From Candidatus Poribacteria bacterium (lineage in GTDB: Bacteria; Poribacteria; WGA-4E; UBA9662): a stretch of 49,436 bases of DNA. Of this stretch, positions 1 to 10,706 are shown one piece after another. Within the stretch, counting starts at the first letter, position 1. Every line of letters starts with the position of its first letter. The notes under the pieces are model-generated. The model was not told where the DNA came from, made no database searches, and saw only the letters and a list, made by a program, of their open reading frames with translations. Position numbers and translations under genes: made by a program. Where the stretch lies: contig JAYZAL010000070.1 in NCBI GenBank assembly GCA_036339735.1, forward strand, positions 1 to 49,436, given 5' to 3'.

Positions 1-510
1 CAAACGGTCGTATCTGAGTACAAAGACGGCAAGGTTGCTGTCAAGGGGACATTTATTGAATATCAGGTTAAGTTTAGCCAAGATAGTGCAGTTAAAACCG
101 GTGGAGTTTACGTTCATACTGATAAAGGTAATATTTTAGGACCGGATGGTTTACAAGCTATGCGGTTAGTTGAAGATACAGATGATAGCACATGGGCACA
201 CGCTCGTATCTCACTGGACCCTATTGCTGGTGAAAAAATTGTCGCTATCACAACTGGTACTAGAATTGACTCGGCACCTAAAGGATTGTTTAGTATGTTA
301 GTTGATAATATTCAGTTAACAGACGGAGATAAGATCGTTGAACCTATTTGGTTATCCAAAGATAAATTGGATGACCAAAGTGAGCTAAAAGTCTATGGAG
401 ACCAAGTGGGTGTTGAAAAAGTCAAAATGGATGTAGCTGAAGAAAAGGTTTCGGTAGAACCTAAGGATAAAATACTTACTAGTTGGGGACAGATCAAATC
501 TGAAAAATAG
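1..510 (+). CDS. 5'-truncated secreted/surface protein ending in a Poribacteria-type C-terminal motif (VEPKDKILTSWGQIK)
   Basis: Frame 1 is open from base 1 (QTVVSEYKDGKV...) through the ORF-track ATG at 160 to TAG at 508-510, so the gene begins before the window. The C-terminus matches a VEPxxKxxTxWGxIK motif I recall from Poribacteria proteins. Confidence 0.75.
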   Translation, partial: QTVVSEYKDGKVAVKGTFIEYQVKFSQDSAVKTGGVYVHTDKGNILGPDGLQAMRLVEDTDDSTWAHARISLDPIAGEKIVAITTGTRIDSAPKGLFSMLVDNIQLTDGDKIVEPIWLSKDKLDDQSELKVYGDQVGVEKVKMDVAEEKVSVEPKDKILTSWGQIKSEK

Positions 511-539
511 ATAGATTCCTAGGAGTAATTTTTCAGGAC

Positions 540-603
540 TTCATAAAAAATCAGCCCCCAACCTTGGACCTTAAGCCAAAGTTGGGGGCTGATTTTTTAT
601 GAA
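540..603. terminator. Bidirectional Rho-independent terminator
   Basis: Perfect 23-bp inverted repeat ttcataaaaaatcagcccccaac (540-562) / gttgggggctgattttttatgaa (581-603), with an A-tract on the left and a T-tract on the right, 30 nt after the stop at 510. Confidence 0.9.
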
Positions 604-1159
604 ATTCTTTCATCAGTTTTTCTCACAGTTTCTGGCCAATAAGATTCCAGATAGTTTATATATTTTTCGATCTAGGTAGTAAAAGAAATAAATTTCCTGG
701 TTCCAAAAGGGGCCATATATACGGTTAAGTACCTTTGTTTTAACACTAAGCTCAATTAGTATCATGTGTTAGAGAATCAATATTGAAATGATTTTTACTT
801 TTCAAGTCCATAGGCTTTCGCGCTCATTCACGTTAGTTACCCTCTTACCAGTGGTGGAAATCGGGTGAGCCATTACTACGACCTAACAATATTGGGAATT
901 TTGAATCAAAAGAAAGTTATTATCAAATCAATCAATTTGAGTGATAGTATGGACCGTTTCTCTATCTCTAATTGTCTTGACTTTTATCATCCTGTTATTA
1001 ATTACTCGTCGCTAAATATCATTTCCGGCTAGTTCCAATTTCTTTCTTATCAATATTGTTTCTAATAATACTGACCTTTGTTGGGAAATGCTGTTATGAG
1101 AAGAGTTTTCTGTAGGCTGAGAGAAAACAAGACTATGATGAATCGGTATAACTAAGAAA

Positions 1160-1188
1160 TTGACAGTTATGCCTTTCCCTGCTATGCT
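1160..1188 (+). promoter_or_regulatory. Sigma70-type promoter for the Gfo/Idh/MocA pair
   Basis: TTGACA (1160-1165), 17 nt, TATGCT (1183-1188), with an extended -10 TG; gaggga RBS before the ATG at 1242. Confidence 0.7.
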
Positions 1189-1241
1189 CGCGACTAAGTA
1201 TTTTGTGATATGATGTTTCTTACGGATAGAGGGATTTACTC

Positions 1242-2276
1242 ATGTATCGTGTTGGTCTAATCGGATTAGGTAGTATAGCCGCCCGATATTCAACCCCGTC
1301 AGATCCTTTTCCTTATTGCCATACTGGGGGGATCCGACAATGCAAATTAACAAACTTAGTAGCTGTTGCTGATATGGACGAAGAGCGTCAGACTGAATTT
1401 AGACAAACTTGGGGGCCAGCTTTTTCAGATTCTAATATTCGATATTATAATAATGATATTGAAATGTTAAAAAATGAGAAATTGGATATCGTTGCCGTTT
1501 GTGTACGGGGCCCGTTTCATCTTTCAGTTATGAAAAACGTTCTTGATTCAGATATCAAGATAATTTTTCTGGAAAAACCAGCAGGTTGTTCGTTACAGGA
1601 AATTGATGAAATGACCACGATAGCTGAGGAAAAAGGTATTCCAATTGTAGTTGATTACTCCCGGCACTGGGCACCTCACCTAATTCGATTACAAAATTTA
1701 GTACAAAATGGACTGATTGGTGAAATCAAAACAGTTATTGGTTATTGCAGTGGTACGATCTTGTCATTTGCTATTCATAGTACTGATATGATTTGTCAAT
1801 TTGCGGGATACGATCCCATCTCAGTTTGGGCGGAAGTTCAAGATGGAACTGGAAGTAGCCACCCAGAATATGAGCCTGAGCCTGCAATTGTTAGTTCTAT
1901 AATTAAGTTTCAGAGTGGTATCCGTGGAATTCATATTGGTGAGCACGGAAGACGAGATGCATTTTCGGTTGATGTCTTGGGCTCTGAGGGGATATTAACT
2001 ACAGGCTATTCGCGAGGTACAACTCGTCTGACTGATAAAAGTGGAAATGTTGTTGATCATAATAAACTCAACCTACCAGATAATGCGAGTGTTTTTAAGG
2101 TTGCCTATCAGCAAATTGCGGATTACTTAGATGGAGGACCATTACCTGACTGTAGCAGAAACAGCTATATGGCAGTTAATGAGATCGGTTTTGCTACTAT
2201 CGAGAGTGGTAAAACTGGACAAATAGTTAATCTTCCAAACCTACGACGTGATCGATTGGTATACGCCAACGGATAA
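1242..2276 (+). CDS. Gfo/Idh/MocA family oxidoreductase
   Basis: N-terminal Rossmann VGLIGLGSIA, LEKP motif, DYSRHW. Confidence 0.9.
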   Translation: MYRVGLIGLGSIAARYSTPSDPFPYCHTGGIRQCKLTNLVAVADMDEERQTEFRQTWGPAFSDSNIRYYNNDIEMLKNEKLDIVAVCVRGPFHLSVMKNVLDSDIKIIFLEKPAGCSLQEIDEMTTIAEEKGIPIVVDYSRHWAPHLIRLQNLVQNGLIGEIKTVIGYCSGTILSFAIHSTDMICQFAGYDPISVWAEVQDGTGSSHPEYEPEPAIVSSIIKFQSGIRGIHIGEHGRRDAFSVDVLGSEGILTTGYSRGTTRLTDKSGNVVDHNKLNLPDNASVFKVAYQQIADYLDGGPLPDCSRNSYMAVNEIGFATIESGKTGQIVNLPNLRRDRLVYANG

Positions 2277-2286
2277 AATTATAAAA

Positions 2287-3342
2287 ATGGCTGAAATATA
2301 CAAGGTTTGTTTAGTCGGTTGTGGCCGAATGGGAGCTACTATTGATGATGAAGTAGCCGGACATCACAATGAGTTTTTGTGGGTACCTTTTTCACATGCG
2401 GCAGCCGTTTTGTCTTGTCGTAGAACACACTTGGTCGCAGTATCCGATGTAATAGAAGAAAGAGCAAAAATCGTTTGTAATCGGTATCAGGCTGAACGAT
2501 ATTACACTGACTATCGAGAGATGATACAACAAGAGAATCCAGATATACTTTGTATTGCTACACGCCCGTCATCTAGAGCTGAGATTACCATTTTCGCAGC
2601 GGAAAACGGGGTGAAGGGTATTTACGCCGAGAAACCTCTTTGCTGTTCCATGGAAGAAGCGGATATGATGGTAGAAGTTGTTCAAGCATACAATATCAAG
2701 TTTAATTATGGAACACAACGTCGATTTATGCCTTTTTTCCGCCAAATCAGATTATTGGTCGATGAAGGCCAAATTGGTAAAGTTCAATGCGTAATCTTCC
2801 AATATGGCGCGAGTTCTGCTTTATGGGGATTAACTCATACAGCTGATATGATGTTATTCATGGCTGGAGATCCGAAGGTCGACTTCGTACAAGGTTCAAT
2901 TCTTTGTCAAGAATCTGACTGGATTGGGAACCGGCTCAATATTGATCCTCCTGTTACTAATTCTTATATTCGATTCAGTAATGGCGTTCACGGTTACAAC
3001 ACAGTTGGAATTGGTTCAGAGTTTGAGGTTAGTGGTACTAATGGGAAACTTAGAATTCTCAATGATGGTTTGGGTGCTCAGTTGCGTCGAGTCAGCGAAA
3101 TTGATGGAACTTTGAAAGAAGTAGATTTCCCAAAAATTGATCGAAAAAGTGGGACCCAAATGGGAATTCTCGATATTGCTGAAGCCTTGGATCAAAACAC
3201 AGAAACAAAAGGGCCGATTCACCTAGCTCGACGAAGCCAAGAAATTATGATGGCAACCATAGAATCCCACCGGTCGGGTGGTGCAAGGGTGAGTCTTCCC
3301 TTGGAAAATCGGTCTCTGTATGTCGGTCGACCTGATTGGTAA
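2287..3342 (+). CDS. Gfo/Idh/MocA family oxidoreductase
   Basis: VCLVGCGRMG, AEKPL, NYGTQRRF. Start moved to ATG 2287 (MAEIYKV), which removes the overlap with the upstream gene. Confidence 0.9.
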   Translation: MAEIYKVCLVGCGRMGATIDDEVAGHHNEFLWVPFSHAAAVLSCRRTHLVAVSDVIEERAKIVCNRYQAERYYTDYREMIQQENPDILCIATRPSSRAEITIFAAENGVKGIYAEKPLCCSMEEADMMVEVVQAYNIKFNYGTQRRFMPFFRQIRLLVDEGQIGKVQCVIFQYGASSALWGLTHTADMMLFMAGDPKVDFVQGSILCQESDWIGNRLNIDPPVTNSYIRFSNGVHGYNTVGIGSEFEVSGTNGKLRILNDGLGAQLRRVSEIDGTLKEVDFPKIDRKSGTQMGILDIAEALDQNTETKGPIHLARRSQEIMMATIESHRSGGARVSLPLENRSLYVGRPDW

Positions 3343-3455
3343 GTTTTTTTATACTTGGCAATCATAGTAGAAAAGAGATTTAGAAGTTGTACTACAGATA
3401 TTGTTATTGCAACCTAAGCAATTATTTTTAACATAAGCTTGAAAAACCTTATAGA

Positions 3456-4520
3456 TTAAACTTTTTGAGGATTAGGAGGCAATCTTTTGCCTGTTTTTTC
3501 GTAAATTGTTCGGAGTTGACCACAAGCCGCTGCGATGTCTCGACCTTTGCTGTATCGAATTGGAGCTACGCGATGATGTTGGGTTAATATATCGCGAAAC
3601 TGTTCGATTTGGCTCACTTCCGGCCGGCACAAATCTGAACCTGAAATCGGATTGAATGGAATCAGATTGATCTTACAACGGAGGCCTTTCAGGAGACGGC
3701 ATAAACCTTCGGCTTCTGTTAAACTATCATTGATTCCTTTTATTAAAACATATTCGATAGTAGCTGGTGTTTGAGTAATTTCTACCCAAGAACGGAGTGC
3801 AGACAGAAGTTGGTCAATTGGATAACTGTGGTTAATAGGCATTAGTTTAGCCCGAATTGTGTCATTGGTTCCATTTAAGGAAAGCGCTAATTTACAACCT
3901 AGCCCTTCATGTGCTAATTGGTGAATACGGGGTGCAAGGCCAACAGTTGAAATAGTAATGCGTTTGGGGGACATGCCAATTCCATCAGGATCTGTAAGTA
4001 TCCGTACAGCTGACACAACCTGCTGATAGTTAGCTAAAGGTTCACCCATACCCATAAAAACAACATTGGTGATTTGAGTAGTTAAAAACTGTTTTTTAAT
4101 GGCCAGAAACTGGTCTACGATTCCCTCTACAGGTAAATTGCGAAAGAATCCCATCTGGCCGGTTGCACAAAAAGCGCAATTCATAGCACAGCCGACCTGA
4201 GATGACAAACAGATGGTATTTCGATTACCATCCGGCATGAGAACAGCCTCGACTGATTCGCTATTTGCAACTTCAAGCAAAAATTTGGTTGATTGATCGT
4301 TCTTTGATTCTGATTGTGTTTTCAGATTAGCCTGACTAATCCACACTTCTGATTTAAGTTTTTGTCGAAGTTGAGTAGGTAAGTTCGTCATCAGATCTAC
4401 ATCCGTAACGTTTTTCTGGTACATCCAAGCCCAAATTTGGCTGGCTCGATATGTAGGTTGTTTCCAGCTTATTACATACTGAATGAGTTCTGATTTGGAT
4501 AGTGTTTTTAAGTTAATCAT
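3456..4520 (-). CDS. rlmN: 23S rRNA/tRNA adenine C2-methyltransferase RlmN (radical SAM)
   Basis: SSQVGCAMNCAFC (CxxxCxxC), VFMGMGEP, NLIPFN, DIAAACGQL. Confidence 0.95.
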   Translation of the reverse strand: MINLKTLSKSELIQYVISWKQPTYRASQIWAWMYQKNVTDVDLMTNLPTQLRQKLKSEVWISQANLKTQSESKNDQSTKFLLEVANSESVEAVLMPDGNRNTICLSSQVGCAMNCAFCATGQMGFFRNLPVEGIVDQFLAIKKQFLTTQITNVVFMGMGEPLANYQQVVSAVRILTDPDGIGMSPKRITISTVGLAPRIHQLAHEGLGCKLALSLNGTNDTIRAKLMPINHSYPIDQLLSALRSWVEITQTPATIEYVLIKGINDSLTEAEGLCRLLKGLRCKINLIPFNPISGSDLCRPEVSQIEQFRDILTQHHRVAPIRYSKGRDIAAACGQLRTIYEKTGKRLPPNPQKV

Positions 4521-5515
4521 CTTTCGTTCGGAACCAAAAATCGCGCCAACTCGGGATGATTCCTGATAGATTCGAAGGCGGGTTCAACCTCGGCGAGTGA
4601 ATAAAAACTAGAATCGTTGTAGAACGCTAGCTCGAGGTATTGTACAGAACGTTCCAAGTCATTCTGGTCGGCTAATAATACGGAAAAATTATACTGAGCA
4701 CTTGCGCAATCAGGATTCAAGTCCAAAGCACTTTGAAATGAATTACTGGCCTGATCACAATCTTTCAATAGATAATATGTTTTGCCAAGTTCCACATAGG
4801 TCTCGGGAACATTCGGTGTTAAATTGAGAACTTTGTCGTATGTTTCTACTGCCTGTTCGTAACGACCCAAATGATTATACGCAGTTGCTAACTGTAGGTA
4901 TCCCTGTGGATCTTCGGGTAGTGTATTGACAACGATTTTATATTGGTCAATTGCGCTTTCCCCTTCTCCTTGCGACAGATAAGATGCAGCTAGGTAAGAT
5001 CGGACATCCATTCGAAGTGGATCTAGTTCGATAGCTTGAAGATAGCTGTCATTGGCCTGATCTTTCCGACCGGCTCTTTGGTGAAGTTGGCCTAAATGGA
5101 TGTAAGTTGCGACGCTGTTTGCATCTGCATCCAGTGAAGCTTCAAATTTTTCAATTGCTTTTTCTTCATTGCCAATTCGTTCGTATAACTGAGCAAGCTC
5201 GTTAAAAAAACGCAGATCAGAAGTTTCAAATTCGGTTAACATTTCATAAGCTTCAATCGCTTCTTCATAGCGACCACATCGAGCTTGTAAGATGGCAATG
5301 TTTTCCATTGCTGTTGTATTCTGAGCATCGAGTTCTATGACACGCTGATAGCAGCCGATTGCCATATCGTAATTTTGCCGAGAACGATAACCTTGCCCAC
5401 GTCTCAAAAGATCTCGGACATTACGCTTTTTAGAAAAAATCAATTGAAAGGCCAAACCGAAAATAATAGCCAGTAGAGTAAAGGAAAAAATTAGGTTTAC
5501 TAAACCTTGGCTCAT
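4517..5515 (-). CDS. Membrane-anchored tetratricopeptide repeat protein
   Basis: N-terminal hydrophobic helix followed by about 8 TPR-like units (e.g. YEQAVETYDKVLNLTP); 4-nt ATGA overlaps with both neighbours. Confidence 0.9.
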   Translation of the reverse strand: MSQGLVNLIFSFTLLAIIFGLAFQLIFSKKRNVRDLLRRGQGYRSRQNYDMAIGCYQRVIELDAQNTTAMENIAILQARCGRYEEAIEAYEMLTEFETSDLRFFNELAQLYERIGNEEKAIEKFEASLDADANSVATYIHLGQLHQRAGRKDQANDSYLQAIELDPLRMDVRSYLAASYLSQGEGESAIDQYKIVVNTLPEDPQGYLQLATAYNHLGRYEQAVETYDKVLNLTPNVPETYVELGKTYYLLKDCDQASNSFQSALDLNPDCASAQYNFSVLLADQNDLERSVQYLELAFYNDSSFYSLAEVEPAFESIRNHPELARFLVPNER

Positions 5516-5844
5516 TCGTCGGATTGGTTTTGTTGGTGCCTAACTCGGTCGCGTTTGCTTTTTTTCTCTATTGATTGATGAAAAGCTGTTTCTAAATCAA
5601 TACCCGTTTGGTTAGCTAAACATATCAATACAAATAGAACGTCGGCTAACTCCTCCGCTAAATCTACATCCCGATCAGACTCTTTAAAGCTTTGGTCACC
5701 ATATCGACGAGAGATAATTCGAGCGACTTCACCTACTTCTTCTGTTAGAATCGCCATATTGGTCAGCTCTGAAAAGTAACCGAACCCAATATCTTGAATC
5801 CAATCATCCACTATTTTTTGATATTCGTTCAAGTTATATTTCAC
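5512..5844 (-). CDS. MazG-like nucleotide pyrophosphohydrolase (YpjD family)
   Basis: LTEEVGEVAR and EELADVLFVLICLANQTG motifs; GTG start. Confidence 0.9.
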   Translation of the reverse strand: MKYNLNEYQKIVDDWIQDIGFGYFSELTNMAILTEEVGEVARIISRRYGDQSFKESDRDVDLAEELADVLFVLICLANQTGIDLETAFHQSIEKKSKRDRVRHQQNQSDE

Positions 5845-5947
5845 CTTTGGAAATTTCGCATTGTAAATCCGAGTAATGCTGAATGCTATTATTTAGTTGT
5901 TAAGCTCTAACTGATGGCAGTTTATCTATTATACTATTATAAGAAAC

Positions 5948-7396
5948 CTAAAATAATATTTTTTTCATATCTTGTGAAGGAACACCATCAAAAATTAAGC
6001 GTCCTTCTTTTAAGCATAGTACACGGTCAGCATACTGTGTAGCCAAACCGATGCTATGTGTTGAAAACAAAAAAGATGGGGCTTCATCTGGACGATGGCT
6101 ATCAATGAATTGATTAACTTGAGTTAGCGTTTTTTGCAGATTGTTGAAATCTTGACCTGTGGTCGGCTCATCCAAGATTAAGAGTTGAGGTTGGCTAGAC
6201 AAGCTTGCCGCAATCGCCACACGCTGACGTTGTCCTTGAGATAATGCAAAGGGATTCTCTTCAGATAAATGCCCCAAATCGAAATTAGTTAAGATTTGAT
6301 CAATGGTATTGTTCGATCGAGCAGATTTTTGCTTAGTATGCTCATAGCCAAAAGCAATTTCCTGTCGAACTGTTTGTGCTTGCAGAATCAAATCAGAATT
6401 TTGAAAAACAATACCAATTTGGCCAATCGCATCTTTAAGCCTCCTTATAGAATAGCCATTTAAGGAAATATAACTCTTTTTGTCCGTCAGTGGTAACATT
6501 CCACATAAACAGTGCAGTAAGGTTGTTTTTCCTGATCCATTCCGACCCATTAAGGCTACTTTTTCACCTTTTCCAATTTCAAAGGAGATTTGAGATAAAA
6601 CTTCTTTATCCGGATTTCGATAGCCAAAATTCAGATTGAAGACAGACACAGCGGATTGCCTATTTTTAATTATTATTTTATCTTTTTTTGGCTTTGTTGA
6701 TGATAATGTATGAGTAAGTGGTAGGCTCTCGTTTTCCACAACGGTCCGATTTGTTACTTGCCAAAATCGGTTGGCAAGTTGTTCTACTTCCTCTATCTTG
6801 TGTGTTACCAACACAATAGTTAAGCTGGATAAATTGAACTTGAGTTCCTTTAAGGAAGTTAAAACTTGTTGGCTAGCCAAAGGGTCGAGATAACTGGTCG
6901 GTTCGTCTAACAACAAAACCTGGGGTTGTAGAGCAAGTAGGCTTGCTAGTGCTACCCTCTGTTTCTCTCCACCAGAAAGTGTACTGGTATCGCGGTACCG
7001 AATCTGTGTTTCCGAGGTGAAACCAACCAAAGATAGAGCATGATCAATTCTTTGGTTAATTTGGAGCGCTGGGACACCAAAGTTTTCGAGACCGAAAGCA
7101 ACTTCATCTTCTACTGTAGTACAGAACACCTGATCGTCAGGGTTTTGTAATAACGAAGCGACCTTAGGCCCTACTGATGTCTTATTTCCAATTTCTATCT
7201 GGCCATTAGTGGTTCCACTGTCTATATTAAGTCCACCCATGGAACGAAGAAAAGTTGATTTCCCACTACCTGTGGGACCTGTTAGTAAAATAAAATCGCC
7301 ATCATAAGCTGATAATCGAACGTTTTCTAGTGTCGATTGATGACGACCGTGGTAAGTGAAAGAATAATTAGAAATTGCGATCGTTTGCAGATTCAC
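5948..7396 (-). CDS. ECF-type transporter ATPase with two fused ABC domains (CbiO/EcfA-A' type)
   Basis: Two Walker A motifs (GPTGSGKS, GRNGSGKT), QNPDDQ, LSGGEKQR / LSQGQRQR, two DEPT motifs. Confidence 0.88.
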   Translation of the reverse strand: MNLQTIAISNYSFTYHGRHQSTLENVRLSAYDGDFILLTGPTGSGKSTFLRSMGGLNIDSGTTNGQIEIGNKTSVGPKVASLLQNPDDQVFCTTVEDEVAFGLENFGVPALQINQRIDHALSLVGFTSETQIRYRDTSTLSGGEKQRVALASLLALQPQVLLLDEPTSYLDPLASQQVLTSLKELKFNLSSLTIVLVTHKIEEVEQLANRFWQVTNRTVVENESLPLTHTLSSTKPKKDKIIIKNRQSAVSVFNLNFGYRNPDKEVLSQISFEIGKGEKVALMGRNGSGKTTLLHCLCGMLPLTDKKSYISLNGYSIRRLKDAIGQIGIVFQNSDLILQAQTVRQEIAFGYEHTKQKSARSNNTIDQILTNFDLGHLSEENPFALSQGQRQRVAIAASLSSQPQLLILDEPTTGQDFNNLQKTLTQVNQFIDSHRPDEAPSFLFSTHSIGLATQYADRVLCLKEGRLIFDGVPSQDMKKILF

Positions 7397-7434
7397 TTAT
7401 TACTGCAAATATGTAAGTCTGGTTGGGATAGTTA

Positions 7435-8826
7435 TCAAAAAAAGGTTGGGTATGGCTTATTTTCAATTAACCGCCATAACAGTAACCCCAATTCTCGAGC
7501 ATGGTAATCTCCCCACATTGAAGACTCGCCAGATGGAACTGATTGTCCTGCTGAGATGTGATCCCAACCATTAGGTCGGTGATAAACTGAATGCAGAATT
7601 AATCCTTGGTGATTGTTCGATTCAGATAGGTACGGTGCCGAAAATAATGTGTCAGCAATGGTTAGGCCAGCTTGAAAATATTTAGTTGCTAGATGATTGC
7701 TCTGGTCTTTTGATTTGAGATAGCAACCGAGGCGTACCAGCCCTTGAGCAGTAATAGCAGCAGCAGAGCTGTCGACAGGTTCCCAAGGATTATAGGGGTC
7801 AGATCTTTGGTCTAGATAATTATCGATCATTTGAGATAACCCTGGAGCACCGGTATCCCAGTATGGCACACCGTCAGCGGCACTGTTATCGAGATAGAAA
7901 TCAGCAGTAGCTAGCGCAGACCTAGTCATCCATTCTACAATGGTATCAATTGAATCAAATTGGTCTATATCTGATTCATGTAGATCTGTATCCTGCAATG
8001 TGGCAAAAAATTCTAATTGTTCAGCATAACCCGTTATAATCCAGGCTAAACCACGAGTCCAAGTGCTGAATGGTGAGTATCCCTGCTGGGTACTCGGACA
8101 TCGATAATTACCATCGTTTGTATTGAAAATTGACTCATGTACCACTCGGCCTCGCAAATCGTAAGTATCTCGACCTTCACCATAGTATACGTTGTAAAGA
8201 GCTGTAGTCTTTGCGTGTTGGATTAGCCGACTCATGAGCGAAATCTCTTGATCTCCTTCACCCATCAGGACGTGCCCCAACTGATGCCCGACAGCCAAAA
8301 TGCGTAGTGAGCGAATGGTATCAGAAAATAAGGAATGTGGTCCATTGAAAGAATAAATGAAACCAAGACCGTTTTTGATGTTTGTCCATCGGCTAGCTTG
8401 TACCGCTGCAGAAGTTTTGAGTGCTAATTCACAGAAATGTCTTTGCCACCCTTCATCATCTATTCGATTTTCTAAGATTAATCGACGTAAATTACCATAA
8501 GTAGAAATATTATTGAATCCATGATCATGAACACCGATATGAGAAACATGAGTAGCCATTTTATCAATTGTCTGTTGTTGACCAATTTCCAGAAACTTTT
8601 CTTCTCCAGTCACATCATATTGTATGATCGCCGAACCAAATTGAAACCCTTGTGTCCACTCGGTCCAACCTCTTGTAGTATAGGTTCCATTCGATGTAAA
8701 GACCGGTGTACCATCAGAAGGATCCCAATTTTTTTCAATGTCTAAGATCTTTTGTCCCGATAATTCAAACAATCGTTCAATTTTTGGTTTTAGATAAGAA
8801 ACTGATAAGTTATGGTTTATCTTCAT
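7435..8826 (-). CDS. Glycoside hydrolase family 88-like (unsaturated glucuronyl hydrolase-type) protein
   Basis: WTEWTQGF, HDHGF, QQGYSPFSTWTRGLAW, PYWD, DSSAAAI, WGDYH. Start set at ATG 8826 because of the gggagg RBS. Confidence 0.8.
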   Translation of the reverse strand: MKINHNLSVSYLKPKIERLFELSGQKILDIEKNWDPSDGTPVFTSNGTYTTRGWTEWTQGFQFGSAIIQYDVTGEEKFLEIGQQQTIDKMATHVSHIGVHDHGFNNISTYGNLRRLILENRIDDEGWQRHFCELALKTSAAVQASRWTNIKNGLGFIYSFNGPHSLFSDTIRSLRILAVGHQLGHVLMGEGDQEISLMSRLIQHAKTTALYNVYYGEGRDTYDLRGRVVHESIFNTNDGNYRCPSTQQGYSPFSTWTRGLAWIITGYAEQLEFFATLQDTDLHESDIDQFDSIDTIVEWMTRSALATADFYLDNSAADGVPYWDTGAPGLSQMIDNYLDQRSDPYNPWEPVDSSAAAITAQGLVRLGCYLKSKDQSNHLATKYFQAGLTIADTLFSAPYLSESNNHQGLILHSVYHRPNGWDHISAGQSVPSGESSMWGDYHARELGLLLWRLIENKPYPTFF

Positions 8827-9451
8827 AAGTCCCGCCTCCCGACTCTGAGGGAGTAAGTATAGCATTATACGCTTCGACTAGAGAAGGTATATAACTATGC
8901 TACTACATCAGGCGTTTAATTAAAAGATAACGAATTCAAAATTTTTAGTAGTAGTTTCAGTTAATCTGACCTCAAACGATTTACTTTCACCTAATAACCA
9001 TTCTAGGGTAATCCTTCTTATACTATTAGTATTACAATCATGTTTTACTACCTATATCTTTTGAATATTTAGCTTCATTACGTAGAAAAATTTGGTATTC
9101 CTAATAAGTGATGGATTACAATCCAATTATGTGGAAAGAATTGAGCTGATTATCTTCTACTTCCTAAGTTTAGTTCTGGACTTTTAAATGGCACGTCTGA
9201 TGCCAAATTGACTGATTCATTCAATGAAATTAGTTATTACTAGTGCGTTCGTTCGTATTAGTTTCCTGAATCAATTGATTAACTTATGAAGTTAGAGAAA
9301 TACAATTTCTAGTTTGTTAAATCTAATGATGAGCATCCATTCAAGATTGATCGTGCAATGCATGAGTAACTGTTGGTTACATGGTCCATTTATGTGATCG
9401 GAAGTTTAACAAAATAGTATAATATTGTATTAGCTAGTTGGGGGATTTGAG

Positions 9452-10360
9452 ATGGAAAACTGTGTTTTCAAGTTGATAAGAAACCTGTTGCTCATCTACT
9501 TGTTGGTTTTAGCCAGTTGTTGGCAAGAACCAGAAATCAAGAGTCTAATCCAAGATTTGGGGCGTAAGACTCCAGTATTTATGGGATCTACACCTCGCAG
9601 CCGCGCAATACATGATTTGCAAGAAATAGGAGAAGGCGCCATACCTGAATTGATAAAAGCGCTGGAAGATAAAAACCCAGAAGTTTGCACTGGTGCAACG
9701 ATAGCATTAAGCAAAATAGGATACAACGTTGTTCCCTTTCTGATTCAAGCATTACAAAACCCATCGGTCAAATCTCTAGCGTTGGACACTTTTGTATTGA
9801 TCGGAAAAGGAGCCTTACCCGATCTAATAGAAACATTAGAAGATAATAGATCAGACCTTCGTTCTGCTGCAGCTGAGGTCTTAGGAAGAATTGGGTCCGA
9901 GGATCCTGAAACAATAATGGTCTTGTGGAAATTAGAAAATTCTACACGGAAATTTTTGACATCTAATCGACAGGCTTTTGGTCAGACTAACCCAACTGAG
10001 TCTGCCAGAGCATTAGAGAACATTATCCCGGCTCTAACAGAAGCTCTTCAAGACTCAGTTCCAAAAGTTCGTGCCAATGCGGCTGATTCTTTAGTACGGA
10101 TTGGTACACCTGAAGCCATTGAGTCAGTGCTACCTGTTCTCAAACAGGCATTATGGAGTGAAGACCCAGTCACACGAGCCAATGTTGCCAATACTTTGAT
10201 AGCAATTGGTACACCTGAAGCCGTAGAACCAGTGCTGATGCTTCTCAGACAATCATTAAAAAATAATAATCCATCCGTTCGTTCCAATGCAGCCAAATTA
10301 TTGGAAAAGATAGGAACTCCCAAAGCGCTGAAAATACTTCAGGAAGATACCGGTGGTTAG
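9452..10360 (+). CDS. HEAT/PBS-lyase repeat lipoprotein
   Basis: Signal peptide with LASC lipobox; repeated LIxALxDxxxxVRxxAAxxLxxIG units. Confidence 0.85.
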   Translation: MENCVFKLIRNLLLIYLLVLASCWQEPEIKSLIQDLGRKTPVFMGSTPRSRAIHDLQEIGEGAIPELIKALEDKNPEVCTGATIALSKIGYNVVPFLIQALQNPSVKSLALDTFVLIGKGALPDLIETLEDNRSDLRSAAAEVLGRIGSEDPETIMVLWKLENSTRKFLTSNRQAFGQTNPTESARALENIIPALTEALQDSVPKVRANAADSLVRIGTPEAIESVLPVLKQALWSEDPVTRANVANTLIAIGTPEAVEPVLMLLRQSLKNNNPSVRSNAAKLLEKIGTPKALKILQEDTGG

Positions 10361-10706
10361 CTTTAACTAATCGGTGAAATTTTGCTAACTAAAAAATCCT
10401 TTTATTTGGTCAACTACCCTTGATTGATCCTTTTGTAATCCAAAGTACACTCAAATAAATCAGTGTTACTTTTTGCCGATGATTTTAGTCCACGAAATCC
10501 AAATAGCCTACATATAATCCTACCCGTTGTTCAGATGAATTCATCACTAGCAGTGTTTCTTGTTTTTGAATAATACAACCGATCAACCACTCTAAAATCA
10601 GTTTGATAATGTTTTAGCTAATGTAACCGAGTAAATGTATCAAATAGATGCTCGTATGACATTTGTAAACTATGATTATAAGACCAATCTAAAGCAAAAC
10701 TGGAAA

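Noticed and set aside
604-1150. Possible gene remnant ending in a TM-like segment (IVWTVSLSLIVLTFIILLLITRR*)
   Set aside because: Short, interrupted frames with no recognisable family motif; cannot be supported.
8900-9420. Long spacer with faint coding-like fragments (HPFKIDRAMHE*LLVT)
   Set aside because: Too many stops and too little similarity to assign a pseudogene.
10100-10222. Direct repeat attggtacacctgaagcc about 105 nt apart
   Set aside because: Explained by tandem HEAT repeats in the CDS; not CRISPR or a mobile-element end.
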